NCBI GenBank assembly: GCA_036172245.1
Contig: JAYWIR010000028.1
Span: 186,001-250,000, forward strand
Direction of reading: 5' to 3'
DNA length: 64,000 nucleotides
DNA from: Raillietiella orientalis
Lineage: Eukaryota
The notes under the pieces are model-generated. The model was given only the letters and a program-made list of their open reading frames with translations, searched no databases and was not told the origin of the DNA. Both the position numbers and the translations under genes were made by a program. Of this stretch, positions 27,101 to 39,100 are shown in pieces. The first letter of the stretch is position 1, and every line of letters begins with the position of its first letter.

Positions 27101-30100
27101 CAGTGCTCCCAAAAGAAGGAGAAGAAGGAGAAAGAGACTGGGAGTTGCTGGGCGGATAGGTTTCACGAGAGACGGGCACTTGGAAACACCTTTCCTGGAA
27201 CCGGACTGCATCTGCAGCACAGCACAAGTGATTAACCAGGAAGAAATTGGACTTTCGGCTTCCATGTCACAGGTCAAACAAAAACGAAACCGCCGCAGGG
27301 CGGCATTCTACACGTGCCGATCAAAATCTCGAAAGATCATTAAAAATAAACATATGCATTTATTATACATATCATATGCAGATTCGTACATATTATACAA
27401 TGAGATATCCATGCTGATTACGTATATTCATGTGTGTACTTGTATATGGATTAATACGCAGATTCGTCTTAACATACGTATTTATCAATACAATGAATAA
27501 CATGCACTGATGTGTATTTTTACCATGTATCATAAAGATTATAAAAAAAATGAATATGCGTGCCCATCATGCCTATTTATGTATAAAATGAATATATATA
27601 TATTTAGTGAACAGAAGAATATCGAATCACAAACTTATTTATCGTACAATCAAAACCCCGAAATCAGAATTGAGGCTTTCATTTATCGGTGCTTTATGTT
27701 CGTTCGGCTGTTTTGATATTCACAAATACATAATGCCACCATTATTTTTTTCTTCTTCTGATTTCCTATTCATAGATCCATTTAATGCATATTTATCATC
27801 CGTATTTCTGTATAGGATAAACACATTGTATTGAATTTATCATCTTCCGAATACACGTTAATGCTTATCATTAATCACATGCATTGATATGAATTCCGAA
27901 GATGATAAAATGAATATATGCGCTAATGAATATTAATAATTGTTTTAACACCGTGTAACTGACGCAATTCATAATGTGCACGTTAATAACCATGCATTTT
28001 AAATAACTTTTCAAATAAATCTATCCACATACATATATAATAAACACATATGCTATTTACAATATTTATCGATCCATATATCTAACCATACGCATCAAGA
28101 TATGTATAATGAACACGCATATTTATCTTTTGTGATCTTTCGGGATCTTCTACGCTTGGGATATGACTGTCCTTGCCGCGGTCAGCATCTTCCTGACTTG
28201 GAAAAGATGGACGTTCTGTACAGGAATTTGAAAAGCAGCCGCCCCTGCCCCACGAACCGCCATCCGCCAGATCAGTCCTCCTCCGAATGGCAGAAGAAGG
28301 ACAGCTCGGGGGTTCGGCAGGATCCACGATGCAGGAAGACATACCGCGGCGCGCCGGAGAAGAAAGGGTGGAAGAAGTCCCTGCTCGGAGGAGGAGTTCA
28401 GCACGCTCGGCAGCTCACAAAATTTCTAGTGCTGCTGACTCTTTTGAGGCTCTTGCAGAAAATGTTCCTGCCTTGGGCCGAAAGAGTGCATGCAGCGGGG
28501 AAGTGCGCCGGAGGGCGAGCAGACGCGGAAGAGCATCTGCTCGTGGTCCAAGTGAGGAAGAAGAAATCGGTTGCCTGAGGTGCTCCGACCTCCGCCTGTG
28601 CCCGCGACTGCTCGTGGAACGTAGAAGATCCCTTCTGCTGGTTTGGCGAGGTTGCAAACCAGCGCGGCTTTTCCAGGGATCTCGGTCAAGAAGATGCTGC
28701 CGTCTGTCGCAGAAAGACATTTCTGACAACCGGCAGTGCACCGAGAGAGAAGCTGTTCCAAGTGCAGAATTGTGGGTGGGAACGCTGGAGACAGCACGGC
28801 ACCAGCCAGCGCCGTCCACGTGACCCTCCGCTCATGCAATAGGGACGCGTATAAATCCAAACGTCTTCCACCCGCCCCACAGCGTCGTTGTGGACGGATC
28901 CATCTGCTGACTGCGGGAGGTGCCTCTGCTTTCGCTCCAGGGTCCGTTACGTTCCAGTAGAATGCCAGGAGATGCTGATGCGACTCCGGCACTTGGCTTC
29001 ACTGGTCCTTCACGAAATGTTCGCGTTCAGAAATTTGCACACGAATGCTCTCTGATGCAGCACGGTGTCACCGGTGTCGAATATCGATCCACTGGTTTTG
29101 GTGGCGATTTTTAAGCCGCGTGGTATCGAAAGTTTTGATGCCAGTCCTCGTTTCTCTTCCGCTTGGTCAAGAAATCGATTCAGGTGGCGGAACCTTTCCA
29201 GATGTCCATGGGGCATGGTAGGCTTAGGTGCAGTCCTGTCGTTCACCGGTCGAGAGGGAAAGCGGACCTCAGGTGGCTCAGGCCGTGTTTGAATAAGAAC
29301 TTTTCGGAGGTCCCTGAAAGTAAGTCCCTCGTTCTTTTATGAAGAAGCACTAAGCCCGCCGTGCCGGAAGGCTTCGATTCAGGCAAAGAGACCCTCACAA
29401 AGCGGGAAAACGGGAGAACCCGGGGACCCAGGTTTCTCACGCGATCGCCGACTCGATCCTTCTTTCCTTGGCTTCTCTCCTCTGTGAATCGTGCAGAAAC
29501 AAAGAATTCCCTACGAAATTCAGATTCCGGTTCCTCGAACTTTGGAGTTTGAGTAGCCGATTTCGTCCACCAAGTCCGCTCAAGCGACCGCCTGCAACGG
29601 CCGCAACTTCATCCCAGCGAAGAGTGGCAGCAGCTATCTAACCGTTGCTGGAGCAGCCGTTGGATGAGTTTTCATCCGCACATCTTGATGGGAAAATTCT
29701 CTGCCCGCAACTCTCTTGTGCAACGCGCTTGCGGGGAAGAGACTCAGATCCCGGGCTGGCAAGCTGCGAACCACAGTCTCCACCGCCGTGGTCCGACGTC
29801 CCTCTCAGCCTGAAGAAAGGAAACAGAGAGCATCTATGGAAATCTTTCAGTTCCTTGGCTGGACCGCCGAGACCCAGGGATCGGATCTTCGATCGAATTT
29901 CTCGGTTGTGACGGCCATCGAAATTTCCTTCTGGTACTTGGGTAGTGATTCAGAGGAAGCAACGACGTCAGGCGTCGTTTCCATCTCCGGATGAACAAAC
30001 GAAATTTATCAGAATGATCGATCGTTCTAGACGAAGAGATCGCACCTACTGAAGACTTTTTTTTTTCCTTTCCTACTTTTCCCTTCCACACTACCGGTTG

Positions 30101-33100
30101 TTCCAGACGTTCCTATGATTTATCGGTGGCATCCTGTTCCTCCTTGCATGAGGAGATCCAAGGCATCACTTTGCGTTGCCATCTTTGCTCCGCGTTCGCC
30201 TTGATGTCTGTCCACGCGCATGCTCTTTGAATTCGGATAATCGGTTTCGCGTGTTCACATATTCGCTGACTTGAAGAATGAGCTACGGAGGTGAGCGTCC
30301 CAAGTAGTCTTTGGTTTTTTTTTTCTTCTACCAAGAGAAATCAGCAAACATGGAATACGCCCTTTGATGCCCCCTTCCTCCCTTCCCTTCCGCAACCTCG
30401 GTGACTGACAATTCTGAACGAGAATTCAGTCATCCACGTCTGGTGCCGGGCAAGCAAAACATCTTTAGCTCGGATTAATCGAGAAGGTAAATCCTGGCGA
30501 AGCTAATTGCCACCCACAGCAAACTATGATTGATATATGTTACACGACTGAACGTGACAGGGAGCTGCAGCTGCTGTTGGGAATGCGAAACCGAGCGGAA
30601 TACGAAGAGATATCCTTTCCCAGGAGAGAGGTGTATGTTTCCATAACAAAATATTTCATTTGGGATACGCCTGGGAAGCTGCGCCCTGTCAAAAGCATCA
30701 AGGCAGCCGGAACGGGCCGGAAACATCTTCCGCTTCGGAATCGGCCGACGGAAAGACGTGCGCGCGCCTCGCAGTGCCATCTCGCGGGCTCACGAAACAC
30801 TGCGCAGCCTCGGCAACTGCCCTGTGGGATGCGAACACCCCCCTGTGCACCCCTGGCGTCCAAGAGATACTGCTTTGTGACCACTGACTGCATGATGTGG
30901 GTGCAGGAAAGCGTGGGGACCACGATGCAAGTGTTGGTTAAGGATGCTCGTCGGACGATCTTGCAGCCGTCACATCATTGTGGATGTATTGGACAGCCAC
31001 CCTTCGCTGAGATGATTCGATCTGAAGGGGGGGGGGGGGGTGAAGAAGACATCTTAATCCACGCGTTCCAACGCCATATTCCTGGATTCCATCGCGATTG
31101 AAATGGGAAACTCCGCCGGAGCAAATCATTTAATTTTGCACACAAGGAAGAAGCTGCGTGGAGAAGATGCATCGACAGAAAACCCTGAGAAAGAAGCCAA
31201 TTTCTTTGATTTTTTTGTTTTTTTCACATCAGATCTTCAAGTGAGGACAGCATGCGAATGATTCCAATGCATGAGAAGTGTCCGCTTTGGTGCGATTCTT
31301 GTTCATCGTACTGATTCGTACACAACCCCAATACAGAAGGGGCGTCCGGTGTGTCCTCCCCATATGCTTTCGGAGCGGCCACTGAGGAGAGAGAGAGGAG
31401 CGCGAGCTTGAGGATCTGTCCTTCTTTCTCCATGGACTCTTTCACGCCTTGGAAAGACAGCTGGGGGTTCCGTAATTATAGGGTTCGGCGTCCACAGCCT
31501 TCAGAGTCTGCGCCACCTCTCGACCGCGCGTCGTATCCCACTTTTCCCTGCACTCCCTGGTCTTCGTGGGCTGCTCCCGTTTCTTGCCAGATGACGAAAA
31601 TCGCATCTCAAGCCCTCTGCGTGCAGCGCGGGTGGGACGCCTGGGATTGGAGCGGTGCTCCCGAGGGCGGATCGACGACAGGAACCGGATTTAGGCAAAT
31701 TTAGATCGGATTCATTCACAGCGAACGAGCTAATTTAGATTTTCAAGAGCAGTTTCGGAATGCCCGCTGATGCATCCCGAAACTGCGACCCGATCCTGGA
31801 GCCGCGTAAGCCCGAGAGGCCACAGAGCCTGCTGCCAAGGCACGACCCACGCGTCCCTCATTCCAGACCCTATTCCGACGCTTCCCGCTTCGGGCGGCCC
31901 GCGTTCGATTCGACGCTCCTCGACGCGGTTCCGCTCCACTCGACGTTGCGCTCTTCAAGTTGGGGGGTATACCTCGGGAGGGTATAGCCCCATGAATCCG
32001 GGAAGGGCTTTGTTCCTCTCACGCTTGGGAGGGAACTTCGTTCTCTCCGGAATGAGCCGCTCCATTCTTTCTTCTCCGGAGGGACATCCCGGAAAGGATC
32101 CTCTCCCTGTTTCCAACTGTGAAGAGAATCCCGAAGGGAACTGCGCGCTTCTTCACCACACTCTGGAGAGGCATCAACCATCTCCATGGTACGCGATGGA
32201 GGTCAGGTTCCCTCCCCTCCATCTCCGAGGGTGAGGACGGCTCCATCACCACAACCGAGGGGAACCCCGAAGGACTCCTCGATTCCTGGAAGGACCCCGG
32301 GAGGTCAACTTCCAATCTCGGCCGGTCAGCGGGGTACCACACCGGAATATAGACCAACCGGCGTCATCCTGCGGGGGGGGAGGGGAGAACTCGAAACCCA
32401 CGACGCACCCCTCGTTTCTCGGTGTCGGCCGTTCTTCCCCAGGCGGGATTCGAACCCACGACGTCCGGTACGCCACTAGCGGAGGCCGCAGCCACGCGGT
32501 CGATCGCTGCTGGTGCTGCCGTAAAAACCGACACGATGACACCCCGTGAAGCCCCCGCACTGGAAATGTTTCTTCCGTTGTTCGAACCACAAACTGACCA
32601 ACTGATGCAACGATCGTTCCAGGAGCTGTTCGCTTCGACGGAATTCTACGACTGGTCGGAAGATGCGGTTACCATGAAGGTAAGGGGCGGCGGTCTCTCA
32701 CGGAGGCTCCTCCGAGCCGGACGTGCGTTTCCGCGCTCTCTCACTCTCTCGGAAGGCGCAGGGATCGGCGCGCGCACGAAACCGCTGCGGAGGAGGCGCT
32801 CCACCGGACGCGAAGGACGGACCAGACCTTCTTGGCTCTTACCCCCCTCCCCTCCTCCTTTTCCCTCTTTCTGCTGACCCTCCTTTTCGAGGTCTGTCCC
32901 CGACTTCCCTGCTTCGTCTTCGAACGCGAGCGGCACTCCATAGCGACTGTGCGCATCGCCCGCGTGCTGCGAGCGGCTGCTGCGTGGAAAACCACTCCGC
33001 CGCCTCCCCTCCGGTCACCTGGTCGCCCCGCGCGCGCCTCCCCCTTTGCTGGAGAAGGCTCGGGTTGATCTCTGGGACCGCGGACTCGGTTCTCCCAGTG

Positions 33101-36100
33101 CGTCCGTGGTGCACGGATCATCCCACTGAGCACTGGTAACACTGCAGGCGGGCGCCCCAAGCCCCGCGCTTCAGCTCCCGAAATCCCCGCTACGAGCCTG
33201 GAAACCCTGCCAGAGAGGGCATCTGAAATAACCGCTTCACGAGTCCCCGAGCGTCCGCAGTTCCCCATGGCTCCCAGCTCCCCCCTGACGTCCTTAATTA
33301 CTCAAGCAGGGAAAGATCTAGATCTCTTGTCAGCGCAGCCGCCGCCTCAGAAGCGGATCTTCACCAGCGGAGAGGGCGCGCGCGCGGAGTCCTCGGCCCG
33401 GCGCTTCTTCAGCCCGCCCTGCCTTGCTCGTCAGCCGCACTCCTGTCTCCCGCATGCCCTCCTCTCCCAAGTCCCAAGTTCCTTCCGCGAGTGACACCCA
33501 CGTCTTTGAAGCCATTTGTAGCTTCCGCTCATCGGGCGTCGTCTCGCGACCAGCTTCCTCAGCCTCCTTTCGATCGGGCAAGCGGCTCCCGGTCCTGACA
33601 GGCGGGTGGATGCTTTCGACAAAGAAGCGTGCCCAGCGTCCGGGGATGCGCACTCGTTTCGCCGCTCGCGGAGAGAAACCGTCCGAGCCTCTACGCAGCC
33701 GGCGGCTCCCTCCCAAGGCGTGACTTGGCGCTCAGGGAAAAAAACCGACCCAGCAAGAGGAGACCGCGGGAGGAGGCGAACGCATCCGAGTTCCCAGGCG
33801 GTGCTCCCGGAACCGACCGCGTTCGGCAGCTTCCCAGAGAAACGTCGGATGCCAACAACTCCTTCGATGCTTCCCGACGCCCCCACCTCCCTCCCCCGGG
33901 CGTGAAGTTCCGTTCCGACCGGAAAGGGCGGGAAACCGCGCTGAAGACTCGACGCGGAGTGCGCGCAACGTCGGCGGTCGAGGGGCCAAAATGGCGCCTG
34001 CAAGCAGTCCAAGCTCGCGGGGTATTTTTAAACCGGAAGCTGCTCGGTGGCGCCGTGGCGCGGGGTCCGCACGAAGCCCCGCGAGGGTGCAGCTTTCGGC
34101 ATTCGCCCTCCTCCGCCCGCCTGTCGCCGCGCCCTCGGCCCGCTGAAGAGCAGCTCTCTAAGGGACGTGCGCCAGAGGACGAGGCTTGGGCACCCCGGAG
34201 AGCGACAAACGTCGCCTCCGGGAATGTCTTCTTCCTCCCCGAGGGCCAGCTGCCCCGCCATCAGCCACGACAGCGACGCGCCCTCGCTGACGTCTCCCTT
34301 TCAGTCTCTCCAGGGAGCGGCCGGAATCCCGGCCGCCCATTCGGGGGATCTCCCGTGTTCTTTCTTCTTCTCGGGCCGCACGCGCAAGCTTGCGGCACCG
34401 CGCGGGGCCATCACTATAATACAATCGTCTGAAAAAATGTGTACGTTAACCCTCCACAGCCCGAACTTTTTTCAAGGTCACAAAAATTCTGCTGCGACGT
34501 GATATGAACAAATGTCGACCTCTAAATACAAATTAATAACGAATTCAGTAGTTTGAATGATTTTGTTTGGGGTCACAGCGGCGTGCAACGTTTGTACTTG
34601 TGCGTACCAAACCAACTCAAAGCAACCGCCGTACATGGAACCATAAAAGCAAAGCAGCAGCCGAAGAACTGTTCCATCTCATGAGATGGGACACCCGTGG
34701 GTTTTGCTGCATCCTCGTTGCAGCGCGCACGTGTCGGCACAGTCAGCGACAATACTTATCGTTTCGTCAGCGAACAGTTTGGGCGAAAATAGGTCGTAGG
34801 CGAGTAGGGTGCTTCAGGATTTTGAGGACGGCTTCCCTCCCGGGAAAGGCCGCTTTTGAGGACGGGGTGCTGCTTGCCAGGAGCTCTTCCAGCGATCTTG
34901 ACTCTTCGCCATCATCTGATGATGACCCCATTCACACTATTTATACGTCGCCGGGGTAAACGCCATCGGCTGATCTTCGTCCGCGTCGGAGTCCGATGAG
35001 GGACCCACGGATCTATCGCCGCCAACGCTTCTTCTCATTCTTAGCGCTCTTTTATTTTTCTATGCTTCGGTATCCGTGCCTCGGGCCTGCAGCGTGCAAA
35101 AAAACCAAAAGAAAAAAGGAGAGAGAGAAAGGAAAACACAAGCAGCTTCACCATCGTAGCTCCTTGCGACTCGGAAGGTCGCGGAGCACTGTACCCTGCG
35201 AGAACGATGACAGAATGACTGTTTCAATGCAGATGAGAGGTCGAGAGGTCGCCGATGCCCGGACCACGAGCTGTTAGGTGGGCTTTTTTCCCTGTTTATC
35301 GAAGCGCCGACAGGGCAAAGAACAGTGGCGGTTGCGCAGGGTGGTTCGTACAACCTTTATCCGTACTCGGAAACTCCCGCAAAAGCATTTGCCTCGACGT
35401 CTCGCGGTACAGCTGACATCCGTCACCGAGGCTGGTGCTGGTTACCAAGGAGACGTCATGCAACAAGATATATGTGACACCTTGCGGTAAAAAATTGAGT
35501 GTATCAGGAAGATATCGACATGTCAGTATGTGACTTCAAAGTCACACGGACCTGCGGAGAGTTAATCTGTTTGAATCGACGCTACAAATTTGAACACAAT
35601 AAAAGTTTTTTTTTCTTTTTTTTTTACATCCGTATATTTTATGCCGGAAAAATCCGAAGGGTATGGACGTAAACCGATGCCTTTTTAAATGTTGTGGCGA
35701 GTTCCGGGCGCGCAGGCAGTGTACTCTTCTTTCCGCGTACCAACCCTTGAAAGTACAAGAGGCGAGATTGTACGCAACAACGTTGTCGTCGCACGGAGTC
35801 ACGCAACAAACAGACGACAACCCGCGAGAGGCGCTGTGCGCGCGGGTGCCAACCGCTCGCGATTTGCCCATCATCAAAAAACTGCTGCCCGACTATCAGG
35901 AGCTTAAGAAAAGTGCTTGATGGCTGCGGATGACATGGCCCGCACATCCAAGGGCTTGGCGGGCCGTAGGATGGGTATCTCTGACTTGGAGGGTCGCGGC
36001 ACGCTCGGACTGAAGGAATGGGTTTCGCGCCGAGCAATCGATTCGAGAGGGGCACCCCCATCTATCCGCAGGTTTCGGAACTGCGGGGGCTTTGCGTTCG

Positions 36101-39100
36101 TTTCTGCGCGACGCAAACCTCCCGTTTCGCTCCCGAAGGATCCGCCTCCGGTCTCCATGACACGCGCCTCGATGGCCGCGACCGGCCGCTTTCCGGAGCG
36201 TAGAGGTGGCCGGCCAGCAGCCCTGCCCCGCCTTCCGTGCTGCCGTTTGCCGTGCCTCCGCTTCCCCACGCCCTCTCCGGATTCACACAGCCTCCGCCGT
36301 TCACTCGGAGCGACGTGCCTCTCGAAGGTCCTCTCCCTCGCGTTGCCAGGACTGTCACCGAATTTTCCTCCGGCCTCCGCTCCAAGTCCGAAACGGGACG
36401 TCAGGCGCTGACACGCAGGGAGTTGAAAACGGAAAATCCTTCCTCCCCCCAGGCATTTTTCTTCCGCTGTTTCGGGTTTCGTGTGGAATTCCTCGGGAAT
36501 CTATCAGCATCGCTGGTAGCGTTTCCGTCTCCTTGGAGAATAATTGCTCCGAGGAGCCCTGGCGGTAATTTTTCAGGATGTGTCAAAGCCTGATTTAAAG
36601 AATGTTCGTTCGAAGGGAGAGAGGTCTGTGCTGAGCGCCCGTGCGGACGGGAGGAACGTCGATGAGACGCTGGGAGCGGCCCCGGGTCACCCAGCGCTCC
36701 CCCCTCGGCCCTCTCAGGATCGTCGCGAGAAGGAATTCCGAGCATCTGATCTCGCGCCCCGTCGTGCGAAGCGCGCGGGTCCAGCGGGGCACCCGTAGAA
36801 CGGCGCCGAGAGGAGGCTGGGCAACTTCCGTCCCGAGACGCAACGCCACCTCCAGGAACCTTTTCCCTCCCCCTCGAATCCCGAGCGATCTTTGCTGATC
36901 TTCCAGATTCATCTGCCTTCCTTTCGCTGAACCACGTCGAGAGTTTGGTGTGCCACCAGCCTTTCGATTTCAGCACTCAGATGTCTTCGTGGACGCTGCT
37001 GGGTTCCGAGAATGCCCGACGCTTCCTGTTTCCGCTCAGGAAGCCCCGGGATCCTTCCCGTTGGCTCCCATTCCGTGACCATTTCGCCAGAGGAGGTTTC
37101 GGGTGCCATGAAAGTGCTGTTTCCGGACGTTTCGAATGCTGCTGGTCTGCAAATTCCTCTCCGGATGCGCCGCTCAATCGACAGCCGGGGCACCCCCATC
37201 TATCCGCAGGCGCCGAAACTGCGGGGGTTTGGCGCTTGCGTCGCGACTCGTTTCTCCCGTTTCGTTCTCGAAGAATCCACCGCACGAACCCTCCCGCTCC
37301 GTACCGCATGCCATGCTGCAGCATGCACGAAAAAACCGAGCGTGAGGTCGCAATTCTGGGGTCAGCCGTGGGGGATGGGGAGGAAGGGGGGGGGGGGGAA
37401 TCTCTCCTTCGCAAACCAAGGCGGTGATAATCGCGCTCAGCGGGCGAAGGAGCAGCTCCAGTTAACAGTCAGCGGATGGTTTCGGCAACAGAAGGACGCA
37501 CCAGACCTTCCGGAAAGAGATGCCTCCCGGACCGGTGGAGTAGCTGAATTGGGATTCCCCTCACCCCCCCCTCCTCCCCACTCCCTTCCCGCCACCTTCA
37601 GGAAAGCCCGGAGCGAGCCCCATGGTTTGGGGACTGTTCCTCGGCTTGCCTCTTCCTCCCAGCCACTGTCGCCCTTCCTTTTCGCCCGGTCCGGGTCGCG
37701 TCGTCGCCACGCAACAGCGTCTGTGAGAGCGTGCGCGGCCCAGATCGGTCCAAACCAGCCAGTTCGAGCAGCAGCTCTCACTCCGCCGAGATGAGAGGTC
37801 CCCATCTTCCGGAAGTTGACCTATCCGGCCCGAGGCAGGAGAAGGTCTTCTCTTTGCTCCCCCCTTCCCCAACGAGGACGCCCTACGAAACTCAACCTCC
37901 AGCACCTTTCTCTGGTCCCGACAGCCCTCGGGGCAGGAGCGCATCGCTGGAGTCGGTCCCGTTGCCGGCGGGAGGCTGTGTTGCCCTCGGAGGCTGCAGA
38001 GAGAGAGATCCCCCGCGCTGTCGAGTCGCCCCCGGGGGGGGGGGGCAGCTCTTCCAGCCAGGGGCATTTTTCCATCCCAGGTGAGGCAGCGGGCGGCCGA
38101 GCAGCGGGGTCACCCGACCTACCAGCAGCGCACCCGCCGCGCCGCCACCGTCTGAGACCTGCTGCCCTCGAGACCCCATGCAGCAAGGTCACCTCCCGCC
38201 CTGCGGCCATCTCGGGCTCGGGAGTTTGTCCGCCACCGTCGCCCTCCGGGCTCGGTCTGCCCTTTCCAGGTTCTCGAAGTCCTCGCGCCAGGTGTCCCGG
38301 GTCACCCGCGCTTCATGGTGGCACCGAGATTGCGCGCGAGTCTCCTCCCTCCCTCTCGGTCCCTCGGGGGTTGAGAGAGTCCCTCTTCCCTGGAGGGCTT
38401 TCTGGGTCCCGCAACTGCCGGATTCCATGTCTCCGCGGCAACCGAATACGGGTCGGCTCGCCGCATCCCGAACACTTCCGGGGTGGCTCGTCAGCATCCC
38501 CACAATTGCTCCTTCTGAGATGGGGCCGCCGCCCTGAGCAGCCAGCGTCCCGCGGTCGCGACGGACGTTGCCGCGCAACGCCCGGTTAGCTTTCCGCGCG
38601 CTTCCCCTCCTCGCTTTCCGGTGGTCCCCGTCCGGTCGCCGGGCCTCCGGCTCATCCCTGCTTCCTTCCTTCCTCCAGGACGGGAGGAGGGAAGGGGGGA
38701 GGTCGCTACACTCCCACGCCTCGTCCTCCCGCGGCCGCCGCCTGCTCTCCTGTGCGCGCGCGTCCGCTCCGGCCTGCTGCCGCCCCACGAGGGCTGCGAG
38801 GCGGGGGATCCAGGAAACTCATCCAGCATCTCTCTGCTTCCCCAGGACCTGTTTCCAGCCCCGCGGTTCGACCTCTCCACCGAAGGCGCCTCCCCGAGTC
38901 AGGTGAGCGAGCGCAGTCGCGGCCGCTGCTGCCGCCTAGCGACGGTCCCTCGAACAGGAGTCAGGGAGCCGCCGAGCCACGCCCGCGGAGCGGCTGCCAC
39001 TCTCCGCCCGCAGCTCCACTGGCAGCGTTGCGCCTTTCGGGGTCATGACCTGACCCAGCCTCCGGGCATTCCTCTCCGGGAACGCCCTCACCACCCCACT

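Noticed and set aside
28140..31100. Coding-looking ORFs after the AT island
   Set aside because: Stops in every frame, no recognisable motif or consistent exon chain; possibly old TE debris.
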